NCBI GenBank assembly: GCA_963721645.1
Contig: CAVRJK010000002.1
Location: forward strand, 1,273,762-1,337,761
From: an uncultured bacterium
GTDB taxonomy: Bacteria; Actinomycetota; Thermoleophilia; Solirubrobacterales; 70-9
DNA: 64,000 nucleotides
Reading direction: 5' to 3'
In this document: in pieces, positions 38,478 to 47,445 of the stretch
Layout of the letters: every line of letters starts with the position of its first letter
Position numbering within the stretch: position 1 is the first letter of the stretch
The notes under the pieces: generated by a model
Database searches by the model: none
Seen by the model: only the letters and a program-made list of their open reading frames with translations
What the model was told of the DNA's origin: nothing
Position numbers and translations under genes: made by a program

Positions 38478-39812
38478 ATGCAGGAGTACCTGCTCGAGGC
38501 CCGGCAGATGCAGGCGCTCTCTTTGGGCGTCCACATCCCGCTCGTCTGCTTTGGGATCGCGTTCCCGGCCATGGTGCTGTTCGCTGAGAGCCTGTGGCTG
38601 CGAACCGGCGACCCGGCCTACAAGGCTCTCGCCGTGCGCTGGTCCAAGGTGATGCTGATCCTGTTTGCGATCGGGGTCGTGACAGGCACGATCTTGTCGT
38701 TCGAGCTGGGCCTTCTGTGGCCGAAGTTCATGGAGGAGTGGGGCGAGGTCTTCGGCATGGCCTTTGCGCTCGAGGGCGTGTCGTTCTTCGTAGAGGCGAT
38801 CTTCATCGCGATCTACGTCTACGGGTGGGACCGCCTCTCGCCGCGCGCCCACATCCTCTCCGGCATTCCGATCGTGATCGCGGGGTTCACAGGTGCCGCC
38901 TTTGTGATCTCGGTGAACGGCTGGATGAACAACCCGTCGGGCTTCGACATCGTCGACGGCGAAGTCGCGAACGTGAGGCCGCTCGAGGCGCTTTTCAACT
39001 CGAACGTCTGGCACGAGCTGATCCACATGTACCTCGCGGGCTTCCTGGTGGCCGGATTTCTCGTGGCCGGCGTCTACGCGATGGCCGCGCTTCGCGGGAA
39101 GCGCGGCACCTACTACCGCGCCGGTCTCGTGATCCCGCTCGCGTTCGTCGCGCTCGCGGCACCGGCGCAGATCGTGGTCGGCGACTGGGCAGCGCGGACG
39201 ATCGCAGAGGAGCAGCCGGTCAAGCTGGCGGCACTCGAGGGGCTCGACGCGACCACCGATGGCGCGGGTCTGACGATCGGCGGCGTATATGTGGACGGGA
39301 GGGTCTACGGGGGAATCGAGGTGCCCAAGTTGCTCTCGCTGCTCGCATTCCACGAACCCGACGCCACGATCGAAGGCCTCGACGCCGTTCCCGAGGGGGA
39401 CAGGCCCCCGGTGGCGGTGGTCCGCAACGCTTTTCAGGTCATGGTCGGCGTCGGCACCTTCCTGGCCGCGATCTCAGCCTGGTTTCTTTGGGCGCGGTGG
39501 CGACGGGGCGATCTGCCGTCTTCCACCTGGTTTTTGCGCGCGGTGGTGGCCGCGGGACCGCTGGCCCTCGTCGCGCTGATCGCCGGCTGGATCACGACGG
39601 AGGTCGGGCGCCAGCCGTGGATCGTCTACGAGTTCATGCGCACCGAGGAGGCGGTCACCGGCGCCGACGGAATACCGGTCGGATACGCGACGATCGCGCT
39701 GGTCTACGTCGCGCTCTACGCCGTCGCATTTGTCCTCTTGCGACGGATCGCGCGTGAAGGCCCGGAGGCCGAGCTCCGCAAAAGAGATGTCGAGATAGAG
39801 GCACTGCCTTGA
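38478..39812 (+). CDS. cydA: Cytochrome bd oxidase subunit I
   Basis: LGVHIPLV..., FALEGVSFFVEAIFI, GWMNNP, GRQPWIVY. Confidence 0.93.
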   Translation: MQEYLLEARQMQALSLGVHIPLVCFGIAFPAMVLFAESLWLRTGDPAYKALAVRWSKVMLILFAIGVVTGTILSFELGLLWPKFMEEWGEVFGMAFALEGVSFFVEAIFIAIYVYGWDRLSPRAHILSGIPIVIAGFTGAAFVISVNGWMNNPSGFDIVDGEVANVRPLEALFNSNVWHELIHMYLAGFLVAGFLVAGVYAMAALRGKRGTYYRAGLVIPLAFVALAAPAQIVVGDWAARTIAEEQPVKLAALEGLDATTDGAGLTIGGVYVDGRVYGGIEVPKLLSLLAFHEPDATIEGLDAVPEGDRPPVAVVRNAFQVMVGVGTFLAAISAWFLWARWRRGDLPSSTWFLRAVVAAGPLALVALIAGWITTEVGRQPWIVYEFMRTEEAVTGADGIPVGYATIALVYVALYAVAFVLLRRIAREGPEAELRKRDVEIEALP

Positions 39813-40843
39813 CGGCCGACCTCGCAGCCGTCGTCCTCGTGATCGGCCTGACCGCGTATGCCGTCCTGGGCGGCGCCGACTTCGGCGCGGGCTTTTGGGA
39901 CCTGACGGCCGGAAGCGCCGAGAAAGGCTCGCGCGTCCGTGGCATGGTCAAGCGCTCGATGGGTCCCGTCTGGGAGGCAAACCACGTCTGGCTCATCTTC
40001 GTCCTGGTGATCATGTGGACCTGCTTCCCGCCCGCCTTTGCGGCGATCATGGAGACGCTTTATGTGCCCCTGTTCCTCGCGGGGATGGGGATCGTGCTGC
40101 GAGGGGCGGCGTTTGCGCTCCGCGGCGAGGCGGCGACCATCGGCGAAGCGCGGTGGCTGGGCGCCACGTTTGCGCTCTCGTCCGTGATCACGCCGTTCTT
40201 CTTAGGCACCGTGATCGGGGCGGTTGCGGTTGGCGAGGTGCCCGTGGGCGTCGCGGGCGACCCGATCGAGTCGTGGACCGGGCCGGTGCAGCTCTTCGCC
40301 GGAGTGACCGCAGTCGTATCAGGCGCGTTCATGGCCGCGGTCTTCATGGCCGCCGACTCCGTGCGAGCCGGCCTGCCCGATCTGATCGCCGCATTCCGGG
40401 CGCGGGCGCTCGGCGCAGGCGTCGCTGCCGGGGCGCTCGCGATCGGCGGGCTCGCAGTGGTGAGCGCGGGCGCTCCGGACCTGTTCGACGGGCTCATCGG
40501 AGGCCCGGCGCTGGCCTCGGTAATCGTCTCGGCGCTTGCTGGGGTCACGACGATGTGGCTGATCTGGAACTCGCGCTTTGGCGTTGCCCGGCTGTCGGCG
40601 TCGGTGGCTGTCGGGGCGATCCTGGTCGGCCTGGCGGTCGCAGGCAGCCCGTACTTCCTCCCTGGTGAGCTCACCTTCAGCGAAGCAGCGGCAAGCCAGG
40701 CGACCCTCGTCGCCACCCTGGTCAGCGTCGCAGTCGGGCTCGCGGTGATCGTGCCGTCATTGGCCCTTCTGTTTCGCCTGACGCTCGCCGGCAGGCTCGA
40801 TCCCGAGTTCCACCCCATCGGCGCCACCGAGGACAAATCGTGA
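39809..40843 (+). CDS. cydB: Cytochrome bd oxidase subunit II
   Basis: AYAVLGGADFGAGFWDL, PVWEANHVWLI, multiple TM segments. The start overlaps the cydA stop. Confidence 0.9.
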   Translation: MTADLAAVVLVIGLTAYAVLGGADFGAGFWDLTAGSAEKGSRVRGMVKRSMGPVWEANHVWLIFVLVIMWTCFPPAFAAIMETLYVPLFLAGMGIVLRGAAFALRGEAATIGEARWLGATFALSSVITPFFLGTVIGAVAVGEVPVGVAGDPIESWTGPVQLFAGVTAVVSGAFMAAVFMAADSVRAGLPDLIAAFRARALGAGVAAGALAIGGLAVVSAGAPDLFDGLIGGPALASVIVSALAGVTTMWLIWNSRFGVARLSASVAVGAILVGLAVAGSPYFLPGELTFSEAAASQATLVATLVSVAVGLAVIVPSLALLFRLTLAGRLDPEFHPIGATEDKS

Positions 40844-41034
40844 GTCGCGCTGCTGCCGTCGTGTTCGTGCTGGGAGTGGCGGTCATGCTCGCCTTCGACG
40901 AAACGCTCACGCGGATCGCGGGCGTCGTCTTGCTCCTGGGCGGAATCGGCATCGGCGTCTTCGCCATAGCCACCCCCGAGTTCACCGAGGGGTCAGACCC
41001 CTCACAAACTCCTCACAATGCCAAGGAACGATGA
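40840..41034 (+). CDS. Small 2-TM protein translationally coupled to cydB (candidate accessory subunit)
   Basis: GTG overlaps the cydB TGA (GTGA). VVFVLGVAVMLAF and VVLLLGGIGIGVFAIA hydrophobic segments. The last 17 codons are encoded by repeat copy B. Confidence 0.5.
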   Translation: MSRAAAVVFVLGVAVMLAFDETLTRIAGVVLLLGGIGIGVFAIATPEFTEGSDPSQTPHNAKER

Positions 41035-41048
41035 GGGGTCTGACCCCC
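40987..41048. repeat. Type-1 composite palindromic element (copy B)
   Basis: gaggggtcagacccctc (40987-41003), a 29-nt spacer, then gaggggtctgaccccc (41033-41048). Confidence 0.9.
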
Positions 41049-41051
41049 GGA

Positions 41052-41408
41052 TCATTGCCCTTCAGTCTCCTTGAGCGCCTGCTCCACTTCGTCTGCCTTG
41101 CCGAGATCGGCGGCCCCCGCCACGACGCCCGCGATGACGGCGAGGGCGAGGATCGCGAAGAGGGTCGCCGCGATCGTCGTGGCGAGCCCGAGACGCTCAC
41201 CCTCCGGCTTGGCGTAGGCGTCCACGACGGCGGCGATGGCCGCGGCGCACCCGAGGATGCACCAGACGGCCAGAATCGCGGTCGCGGCGCCCTGAGAGCT
41301 CAAGAGCTTTTCGAGCTGCGAGCCGGCAAGCGAGGCGACCCCGAGCGAGAACACGGCCCCGATACACAGCGCGATCGCCGTCGCGGGCCTTGTTCGGATC
41401 TCCGGCAT
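41052..41408 (-). CDS. Hypothetical integral membrane protein
   Basis: Three hydrophobic segments (AIALCIGAVFSLGVASLAG, ILAVWCILGCAAAIAAVV, IAATLFAILALAVIAGVVAG). Confidence 0.5.
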   Translation of the reverse strand: MPEIRTRPATAIALCIGAVFSLGVASLAGSQLEKLLSSQGAATAILAVWCILGCAAAIAAVVDAYAKPEGERLGLATTIAATLFAILALAVIAGVVAGAADLGKADEVEQALKETEGQ

Positions 41409-41453
41409 CAACGGATTCCTACCAGCACTTGGTGCTCCTACACCTAGAGGTGC

Positions 41454-42347
41454 TCACTCGATCCCAAGCCTGTCGAGCAGACCGTCGTCCCGCCTCCAGC
41501 GCTCACGCACCCGAACCTGGAGATCAAGGAAGACCTTTCCACCGAGCTCGCCTTCGAGCTCGCGCCGGGCCGCGGTGCCGATGTCTCGCACCATGCTCCC
41601 GCCCTTGCCGATGAGGATTGCCTTCTGCGATTCGGTCTCGACCCAGACCTGAGCCTTGACCTCGAAAAGACCGTCGTCGCGGAGCTCGAGGCCTTCGACG
41701 AACACCTCGACGGCATGCGGGACCTCCTCGCGCGTCCTCTTTAGGACCTGCTCGCGAATCAGCTCCGCGAGGTGGACCTCCGAGGCGGAATCCGTCTGGT
41801 CCTCGGGCGGGTACAGAAACGGGCTCTCGGGCATGCTCTTCGCCAGCTCTTCGATCAACGGGTCGAGCCCGTATCCCGTGCGGGCGCTCACGGGAAAGAT
41901 CTCGTCTGCGATCTCGAGCTCCGCCACGCCGCTCAGAACCTTTGCGGTCTTCGCCTTGTCGAGGAGATCGCACTTGTTGACGACGGCGACGATGCGGGTG
42001 TCTCCCCCGCGTTCGAGCAGCGTGTCGGCGATGAAGCGGTCCCCGGGCCCGATTCCCTGCTCGCCGTTCACGACGAAGACGACGGTGTCGGCGTCCGCGA
42101 GTTCACGCTCGACCCGGTGCTGCATGCGCTCCGTAAGCGAGTCGCGCGGGCGCTGCACTCCCGGGAGATCGACCAGGATCATCTGCCAGCCCGCGTCGAG
42201 ATCGGTCGCGATCCCGCGCACCGCGCGCCGGGTCGTCTGAGGGCGATCGGAGATGATCGCGACCTTTGCACCCACGATCGCGTTCACGAGCGTGGACTTG
42301 CCGACGTTCGGGCGTCCGGCCAAGCCCACGAAGCCGGAGCTGGTCAC
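41454..42347 (-). CDS. era: GTPase Era
   Basis: GRPNVGKSTL, DLPG, NKCD, and the C-terminal KH domain. GTG 42347 overlaps the ybeY stop (GTGA). Confidence 0.93.
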   Translation of the reverse strand: MTSSGFVGLAGRPNVGKSTLVNAIVGAKVAIISDRPQTTRRAVRGIATDLDAGWQMILVDLPGVQRPRDSLTERMQHRVERELADADTVVFVVNGEQGIGPGDRFIADTLLERGGDTRIVAVVNKCDLLDKAKTAKVLSGVAELEIADEIFPVSARTGYGLDPLIEELAKSMPESPFLYPPEDQTDSASEVHLAELIREQVLKRTREEVPHAVEVFVEGLELRDDGLFEVKAQVWVETESQKAILIGKGGSMVRDIGTAARRELEGELGGKVFLDLQVRVRERWRRDDGLLDRLGIE

Positions 42348-42706
42348 GCGAGGCCCGCCATCACGTGGTCCTGAAGCTCGAGCATCTCGCCCGAGTCGGT
42401 CTCGTGGTCGTAGCCGCACAGGTGGAGGACGCCGTGGACGGTGGCCTCGATCAGGTCCGCCGTGTGCTCGGGGCAGATGACGACGTCGCCAAGCTCGCGC
42501 GGACCCGCGACTTCGCCCGCGCCGTCGATCGGGAACGACAGGACGTCGGTGGGCTCTTCGAGTGCGCGATGTTCGCGGTTCAACTCGGTGATCCGCTCGG
42601 CGCCCACGAGTTCGACAGAAAGGTGCCCGTCGGATACACCCGCGGCTTCGAGAGCGGCCGTGGCTGCGTCGTGAAGCTCAGGAGGGACGTCGGAGAGGTC
42701 GGTCAA
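42344..42706 (-). CDS. ybeY: rRNA maturation endoribonuclease YbeY
   Basis: TDVLSFP...HGVLHLCGYDH metal-binding motif. TTG 42706 overlaps the phoH stop (TTGA). Confidence 0.88.
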   Translation of the reverse strand: MTDLSDVPPELHDAATAALEAAGVSDGHLSVELVGAERITELNREHRALEEPTDVLSFPIDGAGEVAGPRELGDVVICPEHTADLIEATVHGVLHLCGYDHETDSGEMLELQDHVMAGLA

Positions 42707-43668
42707 CCGGTGCTTTGGTTCTTCGAGCCGCGCTTGCCGTGGGTCTCGTACGCGGCGACTATGCGCTGGACGAGTTGATGGCGGACAACGTCCTCGCCAC
42801 CGAACCTGACGAACGAGATGTCCTTGACCTCGTCGAGGATGTCGGAGACAACGACGAGGCCAGATCGCTGGTCGCGCGGCAGGTCGACCTGCGTGATGTC
42901 GCCGGTCACCACCATCTTTGAGCCGAACCCGAGCCGGGTCAGGAACATCTTCATCTGCTCGGGACTCGTGTTCTGCGCCTCGTCCAGGATCACGAACGAG
43001 TCGTTCAGGCTCCGGCCCCGCATGAATGCCAGGGGCGCAACCTCGATCACGCCGTTCTCCAGATAGACGGTCACCCGCTCGGGGTCGAGCATGTCGTAGA
43101 GGGCGTCGAAGAGCGGGCGCAGGTAGGGATCTACCTTGGCCTGAAGGTCGCCGGGAAGGAAGCCAAGCCTCTCCCCCGCCTCGACTGCCGGACGGGTGAG
43201 GATGATGCGGCTGACATCTCGCCCTTCCAGGGCTGCGACCGCAGCGGCGACGGCGAGGTAGGTCTTGCCCGTACCCGCCGGTCCGACGCCAAAGGTGACG
43301 GTGTGACGGCGGATCGAGTCCACGTAGCGCTTCTGATTGACGGTTTTGGGCGCGATCCGGTGGTTGCGGTGGGTCCAAACGGTGTCCTCGAGGACGTGGG
43401 CAGAGGGCTGCCCGGCGCCGATCGCTCCGGCGACCGAGTCGAGCGTCTGCGGTTGCACGTCGTGTCCGCGCTCGATCAACCCGACGAGCTCGTCGACGAC
43501 CGTCGCTGCCTTGCCCACATCGGTCTCGTCGCCGTCGAGCGTCAAGACGTTGCCGCGCAGGAACACGTCGCAGCCGATCCGCTCCTCGAGCTCGCGGAGA
43601 ACCGTGTCCCCCGAGCCGGCAAGCTCGGCTGCGACTTCATTCTCGAGCGTTAGTTGACGGCGAGCCAA
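42703..43668 (-). CDS. phoH: PhoH-like ATPase
   Basis: GPAGTGKTYLAVA, ILDEAQN, VVTGDITQVDLP. Confidence 0.93.
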   Translation of the reverse strand: MARRQLTLENEVAAELAGSGDTVLRELEERIGCDVFLRGNVLTLDGDETDVGKAATVVDELVGLIERGHDVQPQTLDSVAGAIGAGQPSAHVLEDTVWTHRNHRIAPKTVNQKRYVDSIRRHTVTFGVGPAGTGKTYLAVAAAVAALEGRDVSRIILTRPAVEAGERLGFLPGDLQAKVDPYLRPLFDALYDMLDPERVTVYLENGVIEVAPLAFMRGRSLNDSFVILDEAQNTSPEQMKMFLTRLGFGSKMVVTGDITQVDLPRDQRSGLVVVSDILDEVKDISFVRFGGEDVVRHQLVQRIVAAYETHGKRGSKNQSTG

Positions 43669-43672
43669 GGTT

Positions 43673-44113
43673 CTAGTTTCCCGAAAGCCGGGCCTGAACG
43701 AGCGCGCTCACGCGCTTGCCGTCAGCACGACCGCCGGCCTTGCCCATCGCCGCGCCCATGACCTTGCCGGTGTCCTGCGGTCCGGCCGCACCGGTTGCCG
43801 CGATCGCCTCGTCGACAATGGAGGCGAGCTCATCGTCGGAAAGCTCGGCCGGTAGATACGAAGTGATCAACTCTGCCTCGGATTCCTCGGCCGCGGCGCG
43901 ATCCGCGTCGCCGCCGGATCGATAAGCCTCGGCGGCCTCGAGCCTGCGCTTGCGCTCGCGGCGGAGCACCGCAACTTCGTCGTCGCCTCCGGACTTGAGG
44001 TCCTTTTGTAGCGCGTCGAGGATCAGGCGCAGGGCGCCGACGCGCGGCTTGTCGCCCGCCTTCATCGCGGTCTTCGTGTCGGCTTGGATCTGTTCGAGCG
44101 TGGACTCGGCCAT
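43673..44113 (-). CDS. GatB/YqeY domain protein
   Basis: IQADTKTAMKAGDKPRVGALRLIL...YL and the C-terminal MG..MGK pattern. Confidence 0.85.
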   Translation of the reverse strand: MAESTLEQIQADTKTAMKAGDKPRVGALRLILDALQKDLKSGGDDEVAVLRRERKRRLEAAEAYRSGGDADRAAAEESEAELITSYLPAELSDDELASIVDEAIAATGAAGPQDTGKVMGAAMGKAGGRADGKRVSALVQARLSGN

Positions 44114-44136
44114 TGGTTGAGGGTATCCCCAGGTAC

Positions 44137-44958
44137 CTACAGCTGCACCAACTCGACCTCGCCGAGCGGCAACTGGAGAAAGCGGGTGCCCAGTTCACGA
44201 AAGCGCTCGGGCTCGGCGGTGCAGACGAAGCTGTATGAGCCCTCGGAACGGCTCTCGGTCGTCAGATCGTGACCGTCCAGCATTCGCTCGACCGTCGCGG
44301 CCATCGCGTGACCCGCCGTGACCAGGCGCACGTCCCGGCCGAGAATGCGCTGCAGGAGCGGGCGGACGAGCGGATAGTGGGTGCAGCCCAGGATCACGGT
44401 GTCTACATCCGCACGATGAAGCGGCGCGCAATACGACCGGACCGTCTCGACAACCGCCTCGGAGAACGGAAAGCCGCGTTGAATGATCGCTGCGAGGTCC
44501 GGCGCGGCGACCTGGGTGACAGTGAGCTCGCGGTGCTGGGCCGCAAGCGAGCGCAGATACGCGCCTCCGTCGACCGTTGCGAGCGTCGCGAGCACTCCGA
44601 CTCTCCCCGAATCAGTGATGGCCGCTGCGATCTCGGACTCGGGTTCGATCACCGCAACAACACCCACCCCGCGCTCGGCTGCCATTCGGCTCGCGGCCTC
44701 GAGGCCCGCACTTGCCGCCGAGTTACACGCGATCACGATCAGCTTCGCTCCGCGATCCAGAAGGAACCGCGTGTTGCGCTCGACGCATTCGGCGAGGTCG
44801 TCGAGGCTGCGGGCGCCGTAGGGGAACCGCGCGTCATCCCCGAGGTAGAGGTAGTCCTCCTCCGGCAGCGAGACGAGCAGTTCATGAAGAACCGTGAGTC
44901 CGCCCACGCCCGAGTCGAACACGCCGATCGGCGACTCGGGTGAGGGGCCGTCAGGCAT
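44137..44958 (-). CDS. murI: Glutamate racemase
   Basis: IGVFDSGVGGLTV, YLGDDARFPYG, IACNSAS, LGCTHYP. Confidence 0.93.
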   Translation of the reverse strand: MPDGPSPESPIGVFDSGVGGLTVLHELLVSLPEEDYLYLGDDARFPYGARSLDDLAECVERNTRFLLDRGAKLIVIACNSAASAGLEAASRMAAERGVGVVAVIEPESEIAAAITDSGRVGVLATLATVDGGAYLRSLAAQHRELTVTQVAAPDLAAIIQRGFPFSEAVVETVRSYCAPLHRADVDTVILGCTHYPLVRPLLQRILGRDVRLVTAGHAMAATVERMLDGHDLTTESRSEGSYSFVCTAEPERFRELGTRFLQLPLGEVELVQL

Positions 44959-44974
44959 CCCTGGCGCGGCGGCC

Positions 44975-45436
44975 TTAAAGGAACGGCTTCGCGGTCATCA
45001 CATAGATCGTGAGGATCACGAAGATGCCCATGAAGGCGCCAACCATGCCGAGCTTTTGGCCCAGCGCCTGAGCTTCGTCCTCGTTTCCCTGCTCGAGCGC
45101 CGCGATGACCCGCCGCTCCCGAGGCACGAAGTACGCGTGGGTCATTCCGAGGATGACCAGTATCGCGATGTTGCCCCAGTTGACGAAGAAGTTCGAGAAG
45201 TCCCAGCGCTCGCCGGCCATGTAGTGCCCTGAGACCAAGAGGATGATCGCGCCGGTCGTGATCGCGATGCGATCCCACTTCATCATCGCTTTCACGGCCT
45301 CTGCCATCGCGACCGGTCCCGCCTTCGTGGCGGCGGCCATGAAAATCCCGTAGCCATAGGTAGGTCCGAAGGCGATGAAGAACGCCAGGATGTGGATCCA
45401 CAGGACAACGTCGTAGAACTGCACAGCAAGGGCCAT
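44975..45436 (-). CDS. Hypothetical integral membrane protein (4 TM; DUF2269-like, tentative)
   Basis: Hydrophobicity pattern only. Confidence 0.5.
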   Translation of the reverse strand: MALAVQFYDVVLWIHILAFFIAFGPTYGYGIFMAAATKAGPVAMAEAVKAMMKWDRIAITTGAIILLVSGHYMAGERWDFSNFFVNWGNIAILVILGMTHAYFVPRERRVIAALEQGNEDEAQALGQKLGMVGAFMGIFVILTIYVMTAKPFL

Positions 45437-45478
45437 GTGCGCACACTACCCCGCCCAGGGGTCGAATCCTCCGTGAAC

Positions 45479-46300
45479 TCAGTCAGCCGTTAAAAGCAGC
45501 GCAGACCAGTCGCCCGAGTCGAGTCTCTCGGCCATGGCCAAGCCGTGTGGCGCGAACTCCTTGCCGACTTCTTCGGCTTCGTCAGTAAGAAGACCGGAGA
45601 TGACGAGCTTCCGCGGAGGCTCGGTCATCAATCGAGCCACGTCGCGAAGGACGGGGGCAACCAGGTTGGCGACGATGGTGGGCGCGCTCGGAGCTCCGGT
45701 CTCGCGCAGGTTCACCCGCTCGACGTTGAGTTGGACCCCGTTCGCTGCCGCGTTCTCGCGCGACGCCTCCAGGGCTGGGGTCTCATGATCCACGCCCAGG
45801 ACGGGCGACCAGCCGAGCTTGGCAGCGACGATCGCGAGAACCGCGGAGCCCGTGCCGAGATCGACGAGGGAGCCGCTCGCGTGCCCCTGATCGGCGAGAA
45901 GGACCAGCAGGTCCACGCACATCCGCGTGGTGGGGTGTGCACCGGTGCCGAACGCCTGGCCCGGGTCGATGACGACGTCCAGGGCGTCGGGCTGCGGCGA
46001 GTCGCGCCACTCGGGGCGAATCACCACCCGGCCGTCGGCGAGGACCGTCGGCTCGTGAAAATCACGCCAGCGGTCGGCCCAGTCGTCCGGGATGCGCTCA
46101 GACGTGATCTCAACCAGGTCGTCGCCCGCCGCCGCCTCGACCTCACCCAGGTCCGGCAACTCGCCCTCGGAGCCGTAGATCGCGTACTCGACCCAGCCGG
46201 GACCGGCCTCCTCCTCCACTCCCCCGGGCGCCAGCTGAACGAGCTCGGCGAGGACCAGCTCTGCCTGTTCAGGCCGGCAGCGAACCGCCAGCCGGATCAT
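45479..46300 (-). CDS. prmA: Ribosomal protein L11 methyltransferase
   Basis: FGTGAHPTT, LVDLGTGSAVLAI, and the position after dnaJ. Confidence 0.85.
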   Translation of the reverse strand: MIRLAVRCRPEQAELVLAELVQLAPGGVEEEAGPGWVEYAIYGSEGELPDLGEVEAAAGDDLVEITSERIPDDWADRWRDFHEPTVLADGRVVIRPEWRDSPQPDALDVVIDPGQAFGTGAHPTTRMCVDLLVLLADQGHASGSLVDLGTGSAVLAIVAAKLGWSPVLGVDHETPALEASRENAAANGVQLNVERVNLRETGAPSAPTIVANLVAPVLRDVARLMTEPPRKLVISGLLTDEAEEVGKEFAPHGLAMAERLDSGDWSALLLTAD

Positions 46301-47388
46301 CCGCCGGGGTGCGGGTCGTCGAGAACTTCGTCGAGCTCTTCGACCGCGTGGCGCTGCTTGCGGGTGAGCTTTGCCGGGATGATCACGTCGAGGACGACGA
46401 CCTGATCTCCGCGGCGCCTGCCGCGGAGCCTCGGCAGGCCCTTGCCGGCCAGCACCACCTGCTGGCCCGGCTGTGCGCCCTTTGGCACCGTGACCTCGTG
46501 CATGCCCTCGAGGGTGGGTACCTCGATCGTCCCGCCGAGCATCGCCCGCGTGACGCTGATCCGCGCTGGGGTCACGAGGTGCTCGCCGTGGCGCTCAAAG
46601 CGATCGTCGCCGATCACCGAAACCTCGACGTAAAGATCTCCCGCGGGCCCGCCCGCCTCGCCCTCGTGGCCCTTGCCGGAAACGCGTATCCGCTGTCCCT
46701 CTTCGATGCCTGCCGGGATATCAACCGCATATGTGCGGTCTTTCCGCAGACGGCCGAGACCGTCGCATGTCTCGCACGGCGAGTCCGGGATCTTGCCGAC
46801 GCCGTTACACGTCGGGCACGCGGACTGGCGCATCATCTGGCCGAACGGCGTGCTCGTGACCTGCTGCACGGCACCCTGGCCGCCGCAGGTCTCGCAGGAC
46901 CGGATCGGCGTTCCGGGCTCGGCGCCGTTGCCCTTGCAGTGCTCGCAACGCGTGACGGCCTGAAAGGTGACCTCGCGCGAAGCGCCGGTCAGCACCTCGG
47001 CCAGGTCAATCGAGACAGAGACGCCGATGTCACCGCCGGCCGCCGGGCCGGAGCGGCCGCCTCCGAACCCGAAGATGTCGCCGAAGGGGGAGTTGCCCTG
47101 GCCGAACATCGCGGAGAGGATGTCCTCGATTCCGCCGGACGCTGCCTGCGAGGCGAACCCGTTCGAGCGGAGGCCGTCGTGCCCGTACTGGTCGTACGTC
47201 CTGCGACGGTCGGGGTCCGAGAGGATCTCGTATGCCTCTGCTGCCTCCTTGAACTTCTCTTCGGACGCGGGGTCGTCGCGATTGACGTCCGGGTGAAGCT
47301 CGCGCGCGAGCTTTCGGAAGGCCTTCTTCAACTCGGCGTCTTCGGCCGAGCGCTCGACACCGAGCACCTGATAGGGATCGCGGGGCAC
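46297..47388 (-). CDS. dnaJ: Chaperone DnaJ
   Basis: J domain DPYQVLGV...HPDVN, a Gly-rich region, and four CxxCxGxG repeats. Confidence 0.95.
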   Translation of the reverse strand: MPRDPYQVLGVERSAEDAELKKAFRKLARELHPDVNRDDPASEEKFKEAAEAYEILSDPDRRRTYDQYGHDGLRSNGFASQAASGGIEDILSAMFGQGNSPFGDIFGFGGGRSGPAAGGDIGVSVSIDLAEVLTGASREVTFQAVTRCEHCKGNGAEPGTPIRSCETCGGQGAVQQVTSTPFGQMMRQSACPTCNGVGKIPDSPCETCDGLGRLRKDRTYAVDIPAGIEEGQRIRVSGKGHEGEAGGPAGDLYVEVSVIGDDRFERHGEHLVTPARISVTRAMLGGTIEVPTLEGMHEVTVPKGAQPGQQVVLAGKGLPRLRGRRRGDQVVVLDVIIPAKLTRKQRHAVEELDEVLDDPHPGG

Positions 47389-47445
47389 GGGCTGAGTCTA
47401 GGAACGGGCCTTTCGTGAAACCGGAGCTTGAGCCGGTCCCGCGGG

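Noticed and set aside
38193-39353. 386-aa minus-strand ORF antisense to cydA
   Set aside because: His/Arg/Asp-rich low-complexity translation with no motifs. The opposite strand encodes a clear cytochrome bd subunit I.
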